A stretch of 64,000 nucleotides of DNA from a virus (Duplodnaviria > Heunggongvirae > Uroviricota > Caudoviricetes), in the IMG/VR virus record IMGVR_UViG_3300024273_002067; one strand, 5' to 3'. Shown piece by piece: positions 18,997 to 28,200 of the stretch. The stretch's first letter is position 1. Every line of letters starts with the position of its first letter. The position numbers and the translations under genes were made by a program. The notes beneath the pieces are model-generated. The model saw only the letters and a list, made by a program, of their open reading frames with translations, was not told the origin of the DNA and did no database searches.

Positions 18997-19004
18997 CAAA
19001 TATA
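18997..19004 (-). promoter_or_regulatory. TATATTTG -7 element upstream of nrdB
   Basis: Exact TAnnTTTG 34 nt upstream of the start. Confidence 0.55.
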
Positions 19005-19049
19005 ATAATAGTAAATTCTTTACCAAAATTAATTCATACTTTTTGACAT

Positions 19050-20453
19050 TTAAGTTTGTGATATTTTTTGAATATCTAAACCTGCAATATTTGAGAGCCC
19101 ATAATTAGACTGATTTACATCTTGCAAAACTCTAATATCCAAGTTTGAAGTGTCAAAATGTAGGTCAACAGCAAATCCGTCTTCACCATTTCTATTTTTC
19201 AATATCATCATCTTAGCTTTGTTTACAGCTTTATCCTCTTCAGTTCTACCTATCCCCAATATTAAATCAGCAGTTTGTGCCTTACCCAAACTCTCACTAA
19301 TAACCCTTAAATCAAATTTTGGTGAATTAATAGCCTCTCTATTTGCTTGAGTTGCTGTCCAAATTGGAACATTTAATTCCATAGCCATAGCTCTAAGAGT
19401 TTCGTAAATACTAGTCAAATTATACCTTCTTTCAGAATATTCAGAAGTGGACTTCATAATGTCTGCATAATCTACAAATATAACATCTGGCTTTATGCCG
19501 TGGTCTCTTTCTAAAGATTGCAAGTGAGCTCTCAACGTATTTACTGAAGCTGTACCAGTTGGAAATTCTTTTATAAAAAGTCGTCCCCCTTTATTTTTAA
19601 TATACTGAGATGTTTCTTTTATTTTGTCAACATATTCAGTAACATACTTTAATGGTATGTTATTCAAGGCTGCGTCAAATCTGTGACCTATTTTCTCTTC
19701 TTTCATTTCTAAACTATAATAAAGAGCTTTTTTACCATTTAACATTGCATTACTAGCTAACCTTACTAATCCCATAGATTTACCACCACCTGTAGGAGCT
19801 AATATTATTGCAAGTTCACCACCAGAAAGTCCTCCACCTATAATATTGTCTAACCCCTCCATTGCAGCCACTGGCTCTCTGTTCTCTATTATCAACCTCT
19901 TCTCAATATCATCCAGATAGTTATGACCACTACTCTTTGGCTCTCCCAACTTCAAGCTGTCTCCTATTATAACTGATATGTTATCATAATCTTCAACTTC
20001 CCATGCTTTTGCAGCTTTTAAAAGCCCTTTTTTAAGGCCTTGTCTTTTACAAAATTCTAAAGAAATCTCCTTGACAAACTTCTGGTCGTTGTGCTTATAT
20101 TTTGAAATTATATCTATTAACTCTATTAGTTGCTCTTGCTGTATTCCAACCTCTTTGTACTTAATTAGACTTATTAAAGTTTCATAATTTGGTAAAAAAT
20201 TATATTTGGCTATATATTTTGACATATGTTGAAACAATATCTTGTGTTGTATATTGTCAAAATGTTTAGCATATAAAATGTCTAATATTTGCTGTGAAAA
20301 TTCCTCATCTTCGATAAAACACTTTATTAACTTAGTTTGAAAAATAGACTCTTTCATAGCCTCTTTTCTTCCAGAGTAATCATCGACACTATCAAAAGCA
20401 TCAACTATTTCATTAGTGTTAAAATCTTTTATGTTTTCTTTACTTTTTTGCAT
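19050..20453 (-). CDS. Replicative DnaB/gp41-like helicase
   Basis: LAPTGGGKS, YSLEM, FVDYADIM, WTATQANR, ESLGKAQTAD, KNRNG. Confidence 0.92.
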   Translation of the reverse strand: MQKSKENIKDFNTNEIVDAFDSVDDYSGRKEAMKESIFQTKLIKCFIEDEEFSQQILDILYAKHFDNIQHKILFQHMSKYIAKYNFLPNYETLISLIKYKEVGIQQEQLIELIDIISKYKHNDQKFVKEISLEFCKRQGLKKGLLKAAKAWEVEDYDNISVIIGDSLKLGEPKSSGHNYLDDIEKRLIIENREPVAAMEGLDNIIGGGLSGGELAIILAPTGGGKSMGLVRLASNAMLNGKKALYYSLEMKEEKIGHRFDAALNNIPLKYVTEYVDKIKETSQYIKNKGGRLFIKEFPTGTASVNTLRAHLQSLERDHGIKPDVIFVDYADIMKSTSEYSERRYNLTSIYETLRAMAMELNVPIWTATQANREAINSPKFDLRVISESLGKAQTADLILGIGRTEEDKAVNKAKMMILKNRNGEDGFAVDLHFDTSNLDIRVLQDVNQSNYGLSNIAGLDIQKISQT

Positions 20454-20571
20454 TAATATTTGTTGAAGTGTTAATAAATAAGTTTTTTTTTAAGTCTTGT
20501 TTTTAATTTGTTAAAAGTTTTCTACACCACAAAGCCTAGAAAGTCTGAAAGGGACTTTTATGGTTTATAAG

Positions 20572-21612
20572 TTACCTTTTTGCTTTATCAATTATCTTAG
20601 AAGAGTATTCTTTTTCTTTAGATATCAATCTGTTAAAAGGTCTAAAAAATAAAGATAAATCATTTTTAAAAATATGCATATTAAAACCATCTTTTATAAA
20701 TAAATTCATAGCATTATTTATACCTCTCTCCTGTTCTACGGAAGGCATTATGATTATACAATCCAAAATTTCACTCACGTCATCTATTGCCTTTTGATTG
20801 ACCATTGGATTTCTCAAATTCATAAGCTCTCTATTCAGTTCAATAACTTGTCTTCCATTTATGATTTGCTCATATATTTTTAGAGGCTTTTCCTTATGTT
20901 TCTCTTCAGCCTCTTTTATAAGCTCATCTAAAGTATATCTTTCGTCAAAAAACCTGGGGAAATATGTTTGCATCTTTTTCATTCCGACACCTTTCAATCC
21001 TGAAATGCAATCTGAAGTATCACCTTCTATACATTTAGCAAAAAGGGCATTTTTATGAGTGTATCCAAATATTTCCTTAAAATTATTAACAGTTATTAAC
21101 TTGCCATCAGAAGGTCTTATTACAGATACGTTTTCATCAATCAATTGGTGGAAATCTTTATCACTGCTATATATTAATACATTTTCATTTTTTGACTTAT
21201 TCTTAACATATAAACCCAATAAATCATCTGCCTCTACATATTCAACTTCCACTTGTCTTACACACAATTCTTCAAGGTAGTTTTTTACTTTTATTTTTTG
21301 TTTTAAAGTGCTGTATTTATTCTGTTTCTCCTCATCAATTTCATCATCTGTAAAATAATACGACTCCTCATCCCAGGACTTATTTCTATTGCTCTTATAT
21401 AAAGGGTAAATTTTCTGTCTAAAAATTCCTGACATAATACCGTCCCAAAAAACAACAACCCTATCAGGCATGGTTTTATCCACTATAGACCTTAGGCTAT
21501 CTAAAAATCCATATGAACCTCCGCAATGTTCACCTTTGGAAAATAAGTCTTGCCGTTTCATGAAATTCCTTTTAAGATTCCACTCTCCGTCTATTAAAAG
21601 AACTTTTTTCAT
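20572..21612 (-). CDS. 5'-3' exonuclease / flap endonuclease (RNase H-like)
   Basis: LLIDG, YKSNR, EADD, SSDKDFHQL, GDTSDCISGLKGVG. Confidence 0.92.
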   Translation of the reverse strand: MKKVLLIDGEWNLKRNFMKRQDLFSKGEHCGGSYGFLDSLRSIVDKTMPDRVVVFWDGIMSGIFRQKIYPLYKSNRNKSWDEESYYFTDDEIDEEKQNKYSTLKQKIKVKNYLEELCVRQVEVEYVEADDLLGLYVKNKSKNENVLIYSSDKDFHQLIDENVSVIRPSDGKLITVNNFKEIFGYTHKNALFAKCIEGDTSDCISGLKGVGMKKMQTYFPRFFDERYTLDELIKEAEEKHKEKPLKIYEQIINGRQVIELNRELMNLRNPMVNQKAIDDVSEILDCIIIMPSVEQERGINNAMNLFIKDGFNMHIFKNDLSLFFRPFNRLISKEKEYSSKIIDKAKR

Positions 21613-22589
21613 TACTTTCCGCTATACTTACTCCAATCTTCATCAAATCTCAAATCCCAACCTGACCTATGGTCTTTTTTGTAATTATTCAAGTCAGCAG
21701 TAGTATCTCTAACAAAACCATGAGCAGTACATAATATTTTATCTTTCACAGATATGTTAGTAATGTGATTTTTCTCAACAACAATAGCAGTTTTAATTGC
21801 AAAAGAAACGTTAACACCTTCTTTGGTTGCGTAAACCTTAGTTGAATTAGATAAAATTCCACCCATTCTAACGATTAAACTTGCTGCCTTAGTAATACCT
21901 TTACCTCCATATGGAGTAAGTGTGTTAGCTATAGTACCTTCGTAAGCATGGTTTACAATTAACAAACTTGCACTATAAGGGAAGTCAGCACGTTTAGTTG
22001 CTGAAATTTGCTTTTCAATAACTCTATGTATCTGCTGAGTTAATACTTTTGCAGTTTTCATTATTGCTCCATCAACCTCTTTTTCAATAGCCTCTCTTTC
22101 AGCTTTACTAACCACATTTCCTATAGAATCTATAATAACTAAAATATCCGTAGGCAAATTACCTTCCCTTTGGTCTTTTAGCCTGTCTCTAACAAACTTT
22201 GTAATATCCTCAACCTCTTCAATAGAGTCTACATAAAGCATGTCTTCTTGAGTAATTCCCATCTCAAGAGCATGCCCCCAATTAAACTTCTTTTCAGTAT
22301 TAATAAAAATTGGTAATATATCATTGTCAATAGCTCCCTTAGCAGCTTCAAGTGCCAATGTTGACTTTCCTGAATCTGGATGTCCGTAAACCATAGTCAC
22401 TCCATACATTGGAATACCAGGCAATTGTGTTGTATCTTGATAGGCTCTACTCAAGGGAATCCACTCATCTTCCTTGTATATAACCTCTTCTATGTCTAAC
22501 TTTTGCTTATAATCACCTATAGAAAATGTATTTTTTGATTTCACTTTTGGTGTGTCGTCTTTATCGATATTTATTTTTTCTTTTGCCAT
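21612..22589 (-). CDS. RecA/UvsX-like recombinase
   Basis: YGHPDSGKST, INTEKK, IIDSIG, PYGGKG. Confidence 0.88.
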   Translation of the reverse strand: MAKEKINIDKDDTPKVKSKNTFSIGDYKQKLDIEEVIYKEDEWIPLSRAYQDTTQLPGIPMYGVTMVYGHPDSGKSTLALEAAKGAIDNDILPIFINTEKKFNWGHALEMGITQEDMLYVDSIEEVEDITKFVRDRLKDQREGNLPTDILVIIDSIGNVVSKAEREAIEKEVDGAIMKTAKVLTQQIHRVIEKQISATKRADFPYSASLLIVNHAYEGTIANTLTPYGGKGITKAASLIVRMGGILSNSTKVYATKEGVNVSFAIKTAIVVEKNHITNISVKDKILCTAHGFVRDTTADLNNYKKDHRSGWDLRFDEDWSKYSGK

Positions 22590-22619
22590 TTTTAAATGTT
22601 TTAATTATTATTAATTTTA

Positions 22620-23378
22620 TTAACCTTCAGTACTTGTTGGATTTATTGACTTATCTAGTATTTTTTTTATAGCATCATAAGGCAGTTCTATAAAAACCTC
22701 ATTAAGTGGCTTAACTAAACTTCTCAAAGTATTTGTCTTTTCATCACTTGGCAGTCCATGAGCATCAGTCATTAAAGGAGACTTTACTGGCACTGGCATT
22801 AGATTCGCAGTGTCTGAGTCCATAGGGAAAGTTATGTTAATATCATTACCCTGTGAAACGTGAGAGATGTCTCCATAATATTTGTTTTTGTAAAAACCTG
22901 CAATAGTATTTAGTAACGTTTTTGAGAAGCCCCACCACTTTGGACCTTCATGCTCTTTACCTCTTATTATTACTGGTAAAAAGTGTCTTGTTTTAGCAAT
23001 TTTTTTCTTCTTATCATCACTGTCTGGCTGCCCACTTAAATGTTCACAAATAGGACAAGGCCTACCATACATAGATGGACATACCACCATTTTAGATGTG
23101 CCAATGTTCCAATGAAAATCAATTTTTTGATACGCCTTACCTTCTAGGGGTGGCACAATCCTTAACTCATCACCTTCTTCTGGTAATTTTCCTTTTTTTG
23201 GATTATAAGTGACTTCTCTTAAGTCTACTTTTACTCGATTGTTTTTGTCAGTAAATGAGTTAGCCTCTTCTACATCGCTTAAAAACTGCTCAACATTCAT
23301 CCCTTGACTTATGGGTTGCTGGCTTGAATTTGTTCCCTCAAATTCTTCATTTGAGGGAACAGTGCTTCCTTCGTTCAT
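22620..23378 (-). CDS. gp32-like single-stranded DNA-binding protein
   Basis: LRIVPP, FHWNIG, VCP..YGRPCPICE Zn site, EGPKWWGF; located in the replication cluster. Confidence 0.8.
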   Translation of the reverse strand: MNEGSTVPSNEEFEGTNSSQQPISQGMNVEQFLSDVEEANSFTDKNNRVKVDLREVTYNPKKGKLPEEGDELRIVPPLEGKAYQKIDFHWNIGTSKMVVCPSMYGRPCPICEHLSGQPDSDDKKKKIAKTRHFLPVIIRGKEHEGPKWWGFSKTLLNTIAGFYKNKYYGDISHVSQGNDINITFPMDSDTANLMPVPVKSPLMTDAHGLPSDEKTNTLRSLVKPLNEVFIELPYDAIKKILDKSINPTSTEG

Positions 23379-23592
23379 TTTTCTCTTTTTAAAGTTTTAA
23401 TCAGTCTAAAATGCTATATCTAGCTTATTGATGACCGTGTAAACAACTCTCTCTATAGAGTTCAGTTATAAATAGAAATTTTTTTATTTCTTGTGACAAA
23501 GAAAGGTAAAAAAATAGGAAAAAGCAACATATTTTACAACAAAATAAATTCACTTTTCAACATTATACACTTTGTGTTGATAACAAGTGTTT

Positions 23593-25224
23593 TTATAGAC
23601 ATTCCATATAGTTTTTTCCAGAAGACAAATCTACATCAAACGTCATATCGTTATATTTAGAAAGTATTTTTGTAATATCATTAATAGAATTATAATCATC
23701 TGGGTGTATGTCCATAACAAATGAATCATGAACTTGAAACATAAATGAAGATTTGCTATTTTTTAGCCAAACCTTTAGTTCCTGTATCTTGTCCACAACT
23801 ATTTCTGTAGCCGTTGATTGTACATAATTATTAAATGCTGCATAAGACTTATTTGGCTTAATTAATGTTCCAAATGGATTTATTATATAACCCAACTCCT
23901 TATATACATTGTTTATATATTCAGAAGTTGTCAATATTGGAGATAAAAAATTCTTAACATTAGCTAAAGACTTTTCTACATCAGAATTTTCTACTTTTGA
24001 AATTATACTCTTTATTAACTTATCACCCCCTCCGTACAGAATGGCATGGTTTACATCTTTGGCAACTTTTCTATGACTTTTAGTAATTTCCACATCTCCA
24101 AACATTGCTTTAGCGGCATTGTAATGTAAGTCTGAATTCATATTCTCTAATATAAATCCCTCGTCCCTAGATAAATACATTGAAAGCCTAGTTTCAAAAG
24201 ATTTATAATCAAAAACTATAATAGTACCATCTTTATATCTAGATATAATTTGATTTCGAATAACGCTATCCTTGGGTAACATTTGTGGGTTAAAAGAATC
24301 TACACAATTAATACGTCCTGTTATAGTTCTTTTGTCAGAATATCTTAACATTAAATATTTCTTTCCATTATCCCAAGTACTCCTAACTCCATTAGGCACT
24401 TTGAAATTAGAGTCAAAATATATTTTATTAGTAGATAGCCAAGAAGTTACTTTATCTTTTACGGTCTGCCTCATGCATGAGTTTAACTCATCTTTTGTAA
24501 CTTCATGATTGTCTCTTATTATTTTCATTAAAACAGGTATATTTCTATACATATTTCTTCCTAAAAACATCCTATTAAAATCTTTTGGTTCTATATAGTG
24601 TGAATATTTAGACCAAAATATATTTTCAGTTGTCATAACATCTCTCAATTGGTCTATATATACATATTTTACAGAATTATAATAGCTAAACAAAGTGCAT
24701 TCAACTTTATTTATAAGTCCTGTTAATATTTTTTTAGAATCTTTACCAACAAAATCTAAACTAGCTATACTTATAGCGTAAGTATCTGATTCATTGTGAA
24801 TGTAGCACACATTTTTATGAAAATAAATAAAAGACCTTGATTTCTTGTTGATGTTTTTTAAAAAAAAATCTCTCAAATCCCCATCTACTATAGAATCGTA
24901 GGATATGGGTTTTTTGTGAAAAAATTTCTTTATAGAATATTCCAAGAAAGACTTTATGTCAGATTTATTTTTTTCTTCTTTTTCTGTCAAACTAAAAGTC
25001 CAAAACAGATTATCGCTTATTTTGCCAGATAAAATGGACTGCTCTGGATACATTTCTTTAACCTTATTCCATCCCAATATTAGTGTTGGAACTATAATTT
25101 CAGAATTTGGGTCTATACAGTCTATTACATCTAATGCGAACTCACCATAATGAGTATTTATGTAATCTGAATCATCTGATGAATAAGGAAGTATTTTGCA
25201 AATCTTTATTAAATTATGGAGCAT
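23593..25224 (-). CDS. Family A DNA polymerase domain protein without a recognisable 3'-5' exonuclease
   Basis: Motif A FDYKSFETR, motif B RKVAKDVNHAILYG, motif C QVHDS. Confidence 0.85.
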   Translation of the reverse strand: MLHNLIKICKILPYSSDDSDYINTHYGEFALDVIDCIDPNSEIIVPTLILGWNKVKEMYPEQSILSGKISDNLFWTFSLTEKEEKNKSDIKSFLEYSIKKFFHKKPISYDSIVDGDLRDFFLKNINKKSRSFIYFHKNVCYIHNESDTYAISIASLDFVGKDSKKILTGLINKVECTLFSYYNSVKYVYIDQLRDVMTTENIFWSKYSHYIEPKDFNRMFLGRNMYRNIPVLMKIIRDNHEVTKDELNSCMRQTVKDKVTSWLSTNKIYFDSNFKVPNGVRSTWDNGKKYLMLRYSDKRTITGRINCVDSFNPQMLPKDSVIRNQIISRYKDGTIIVFDYKSFETRLSMYLSRDEGFILENMNSDLHYNAAKAMFGDVEITKSHRKVAKDVNHAILYGGGDKLIKSIISKVENSDVEKSLANVKNFLSPILTTSEYINNVYKELGYIINPFGTLIKPNKSYAAFNNYVQSTATEIVVDKIQELKVWLKNSKSSFMFQVHDSFVMDIHPDDYNSINDITKILSKYNDMTFDVDLSSGKNYMECL

Positions 25225-25228
25225 GTGA

Positions 25229-25236
25229 CAAATGTA
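25229..25236 (-). promoter_or_regulatory. TACATTTG -7 element just upstream of polA-like gene
   Basis: Exact TAnnTTTG 4 nt before the called ATG; implies a near-leaderless mRNA or a later start. Confidence 0.45.
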
Positions 25237-25299
25237 TAACTTTTTTTATAAATAAATAAGTTTGTATTCATTTGTTTTTTAAATATAAAAATGAATAAT

Positions 25300-28200
25300 T
25301 TATATTCTTACGTATGGGCCATCTCTAGCCCCAGAATCATAAAGAGCTTTTAGCTGTGTTGTTGACCTTCCAAATCTCATTTCATAATGAGGCTTGTCCG
25401 TAAAGGATTTCCAGTCTCCACCCCATTCAAAACCTATAGACTTTCCCAACCTTGCTATCTGTGCTTCATTTGGACTGTTATATAAAGCTTTACCATCCTT
25501 TATCTCTACTGCATCAATGGCCAAACCATAGTTGTGCAAACTTGACCCAGCTCTAGCATAAGTTACTATAGGTCCAGACGTAGTTCTTCCTGAGTCGTAC
25601 AATTTTGTCTGCTCCTCAAAAGTTCTTAAAGCTGATGTAACTCTAAGTTTTACTCCAAGTTCTTTTTCAGCACGTATTATAAACTCAGTCACTTTTGCTC
25701 TTATTTTTGGATGTAAAGTCTTTATTCTTTTATCTGTATACCTTGTGTCCCAAGTCGACCTTCCTGCATAAGAAGAGCTTGAAGAGCTTCCGTCTGTAGC
25801 ACTTGAAGAGCTTCCGCCTGTATCACTTGAAGTGCCATCTGAACCACCTGAACTCGAACTTCCATCGCCAGCGTTAGAATTTTTTTCTACCATTATTGTA
25901 ACTCCTTTATTGGCAAAGTTTTTATTTATATATTCAAGAAATGCTGGGGCTCTGCTTTGAGCCTTTCTCATACCTCCAAGCGGGTCTTCTGGGCTCAACT
26001 TATGTTTTACGTTTGCCACAGTTTTACCTGGACCTGTGTTACAGTGATAGTAAAAGAATACTGCATTTTTTAAATCTGGGAATGTGACGCCATTATCAGG
26101 GCACCCATAACCATCCAGTCTACTTGTGTATCCTTTGGACTTAGTTCCAAATTTTGTAGTTCTTCTTCTGCCATTAAAAAATCCAACTAAAGCAGCAGTA
26201 GCAACATCCTCTTCCAACATTCTTTCAGGATTTTTAACAAGGTCAACGCCTGAGTTTTTAGAGGCTTTTTCGTAACCAGATTTAAATGTTATTTGATTGT
26301 AACCTCTTCCTCTATATTTCCAACCATCTCCTTCCTTGGTGTTTCCATATCCATTTGACCTTACTCCAACTGGCTTTTGTGTATATACAATATTAGCAAT
26401 CTTTTCTTGATACTTATCTGAATCTGCTTTCTTTGTTTTTGGATTAACAAAACCGTTTGCTACAGGGTCATTCTTTTTGAAGTAACTCCATACTTCTGGT
26501 AACCTTGATGCGCTATAAAGAAAACCTTCTGACTTTAAATCAAAACTACTTTCTTTACTACATATAGACAATACTGCTGCTATGGAAAAATTACTTGTAA
26601 TACCTTTTTTTACACACTCTAGTATAATTTTATTTATTCTTCGTTTTTTATCCTTATTACCTAAATATCCAGCAACTGTTTTTGAACCCTTATCAGTTCC
26701 AGTTATTGCATAGTTGCCGCCGTCGCCTCCTCCGCCGCTAGCCACGCCACCATCTCTGCCTTCACTATTTGCTAATTCATCTAACGTTGCCTGTTCTTTA
26801 GCTGACAACTTAACCTCCCCTTCAAGCGGAGCCTCTTTAACAAAACCTGCAGCATCCTCAAAGTCTTGAAGAGTTACTGGCAATACTCCACCATAACTAT
26901 TTCCTCCATATCTCATTTTTATTCCGCTCAAGTCAGTTGTCATATCATTAGGACTAATTTTGTGAGTTACTTTAATAATTTGATAAAGACCAGTAAAAAG
27001 AGTGTGATTTTCTAAAAAGAAAAACTGAAGTGGAGATATTTGGGCATTGCCCATAGTTTCCACGCCAGCCTTATAGCTTCTACCTTCAAAAACAGACAAC
27101 AAACTACAGTCAGTAGTTACAGTTTTGTTTTTGTTGTCATTATCAACAATTGCCTGTAAATTTACTATACTTTCAGCTGTAACTTTATTTTCATCAGTAC
27201 TAACTTGTACATTTTTAATTATTTTATTTGTTGGGTCTCCAAAAGCAACTGGAAACGCTTGTACTTCAAACGTTCTCAAATCCTTAGCAGCAGACTGCTT
27301 CTTTTCTGTATCATTAGCTACTAAGGTTCTACTTTCTGGTGTGGGCTGAAACATTACTTGGAAAAAATTTCCTATTTGTGGACCCATCATTTCTTGAGGA
27401 GAGAAAATGTCAGTTATTTTATCATATCTTGCATTGCCACATATGGGAAAAAACATAAAATTGTTCTTAGTACAAAGCTGCTGAAACATGTTTAAAGATG
27501 TTGTGTTTGCTTTTGCTCCATAAAGTGGCGCTAAGCTAATTAGAGCATCTTTAACTCTAACGTCACTAGCTCCAATAGCCTGAAGTGGATAATCATACCT
27601 AAAGCCGCCGCCAAGAACGCTTCCAGAACTCCTCTCTCTTGAGCTAGGAGTTTCTGAACTAGGGTTTGTCTGCCCATATGCTTTTTGAAGCTCTATTGCT
27701 ACGTTTGGCGTTAACGTTTTAGGGTTGTTTACTTGATTTATTCTACTTCCGTCTGGTCTTCCTCCCAATATTTGCCACTGATGAAATAGAGTGTGCATTT
27801 GTTTGTATATCAAGTCTTCATGCTCACCAGCCTTACCTAATATTTGTCCAAAAACCTTATCTACTTCATCTTGTATTTTCTGTATTTTAGGCAATAATCC
27901 CGATACTAGTTTTCTCAAAAAACACATAGCCATTTGACTAAATTCTCCTTCATCTTTTTCGCGATTTACACGGCGTCTGCCGAAGGTGGCCCCAACTGGA
28001 AGATAATTACCACCAGCATGTATACCTCCTGCTAATGGAATTAAATTAGCCTCACCTTCGGGAATCGATGGATATTGAGCATATGGAGCAATAATTACTG
28101 GGTTGTTGTCTATGTTACGATAGTTTCCAGTTGCCCCTCCAGTTGAGCCCGCTTCCAAGCCTCGGGTTGGCCCAAAATATTGCCCCCAAGTAAAAAATGT

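Noticed and set aside
15265-20453. Inteins or introns in nrdA, nrdB, the helicase (also checked terL)
   Set aside because: Lengths and motif spacing are normal; no C...HN-[CST] blocks or interruptions were seen.
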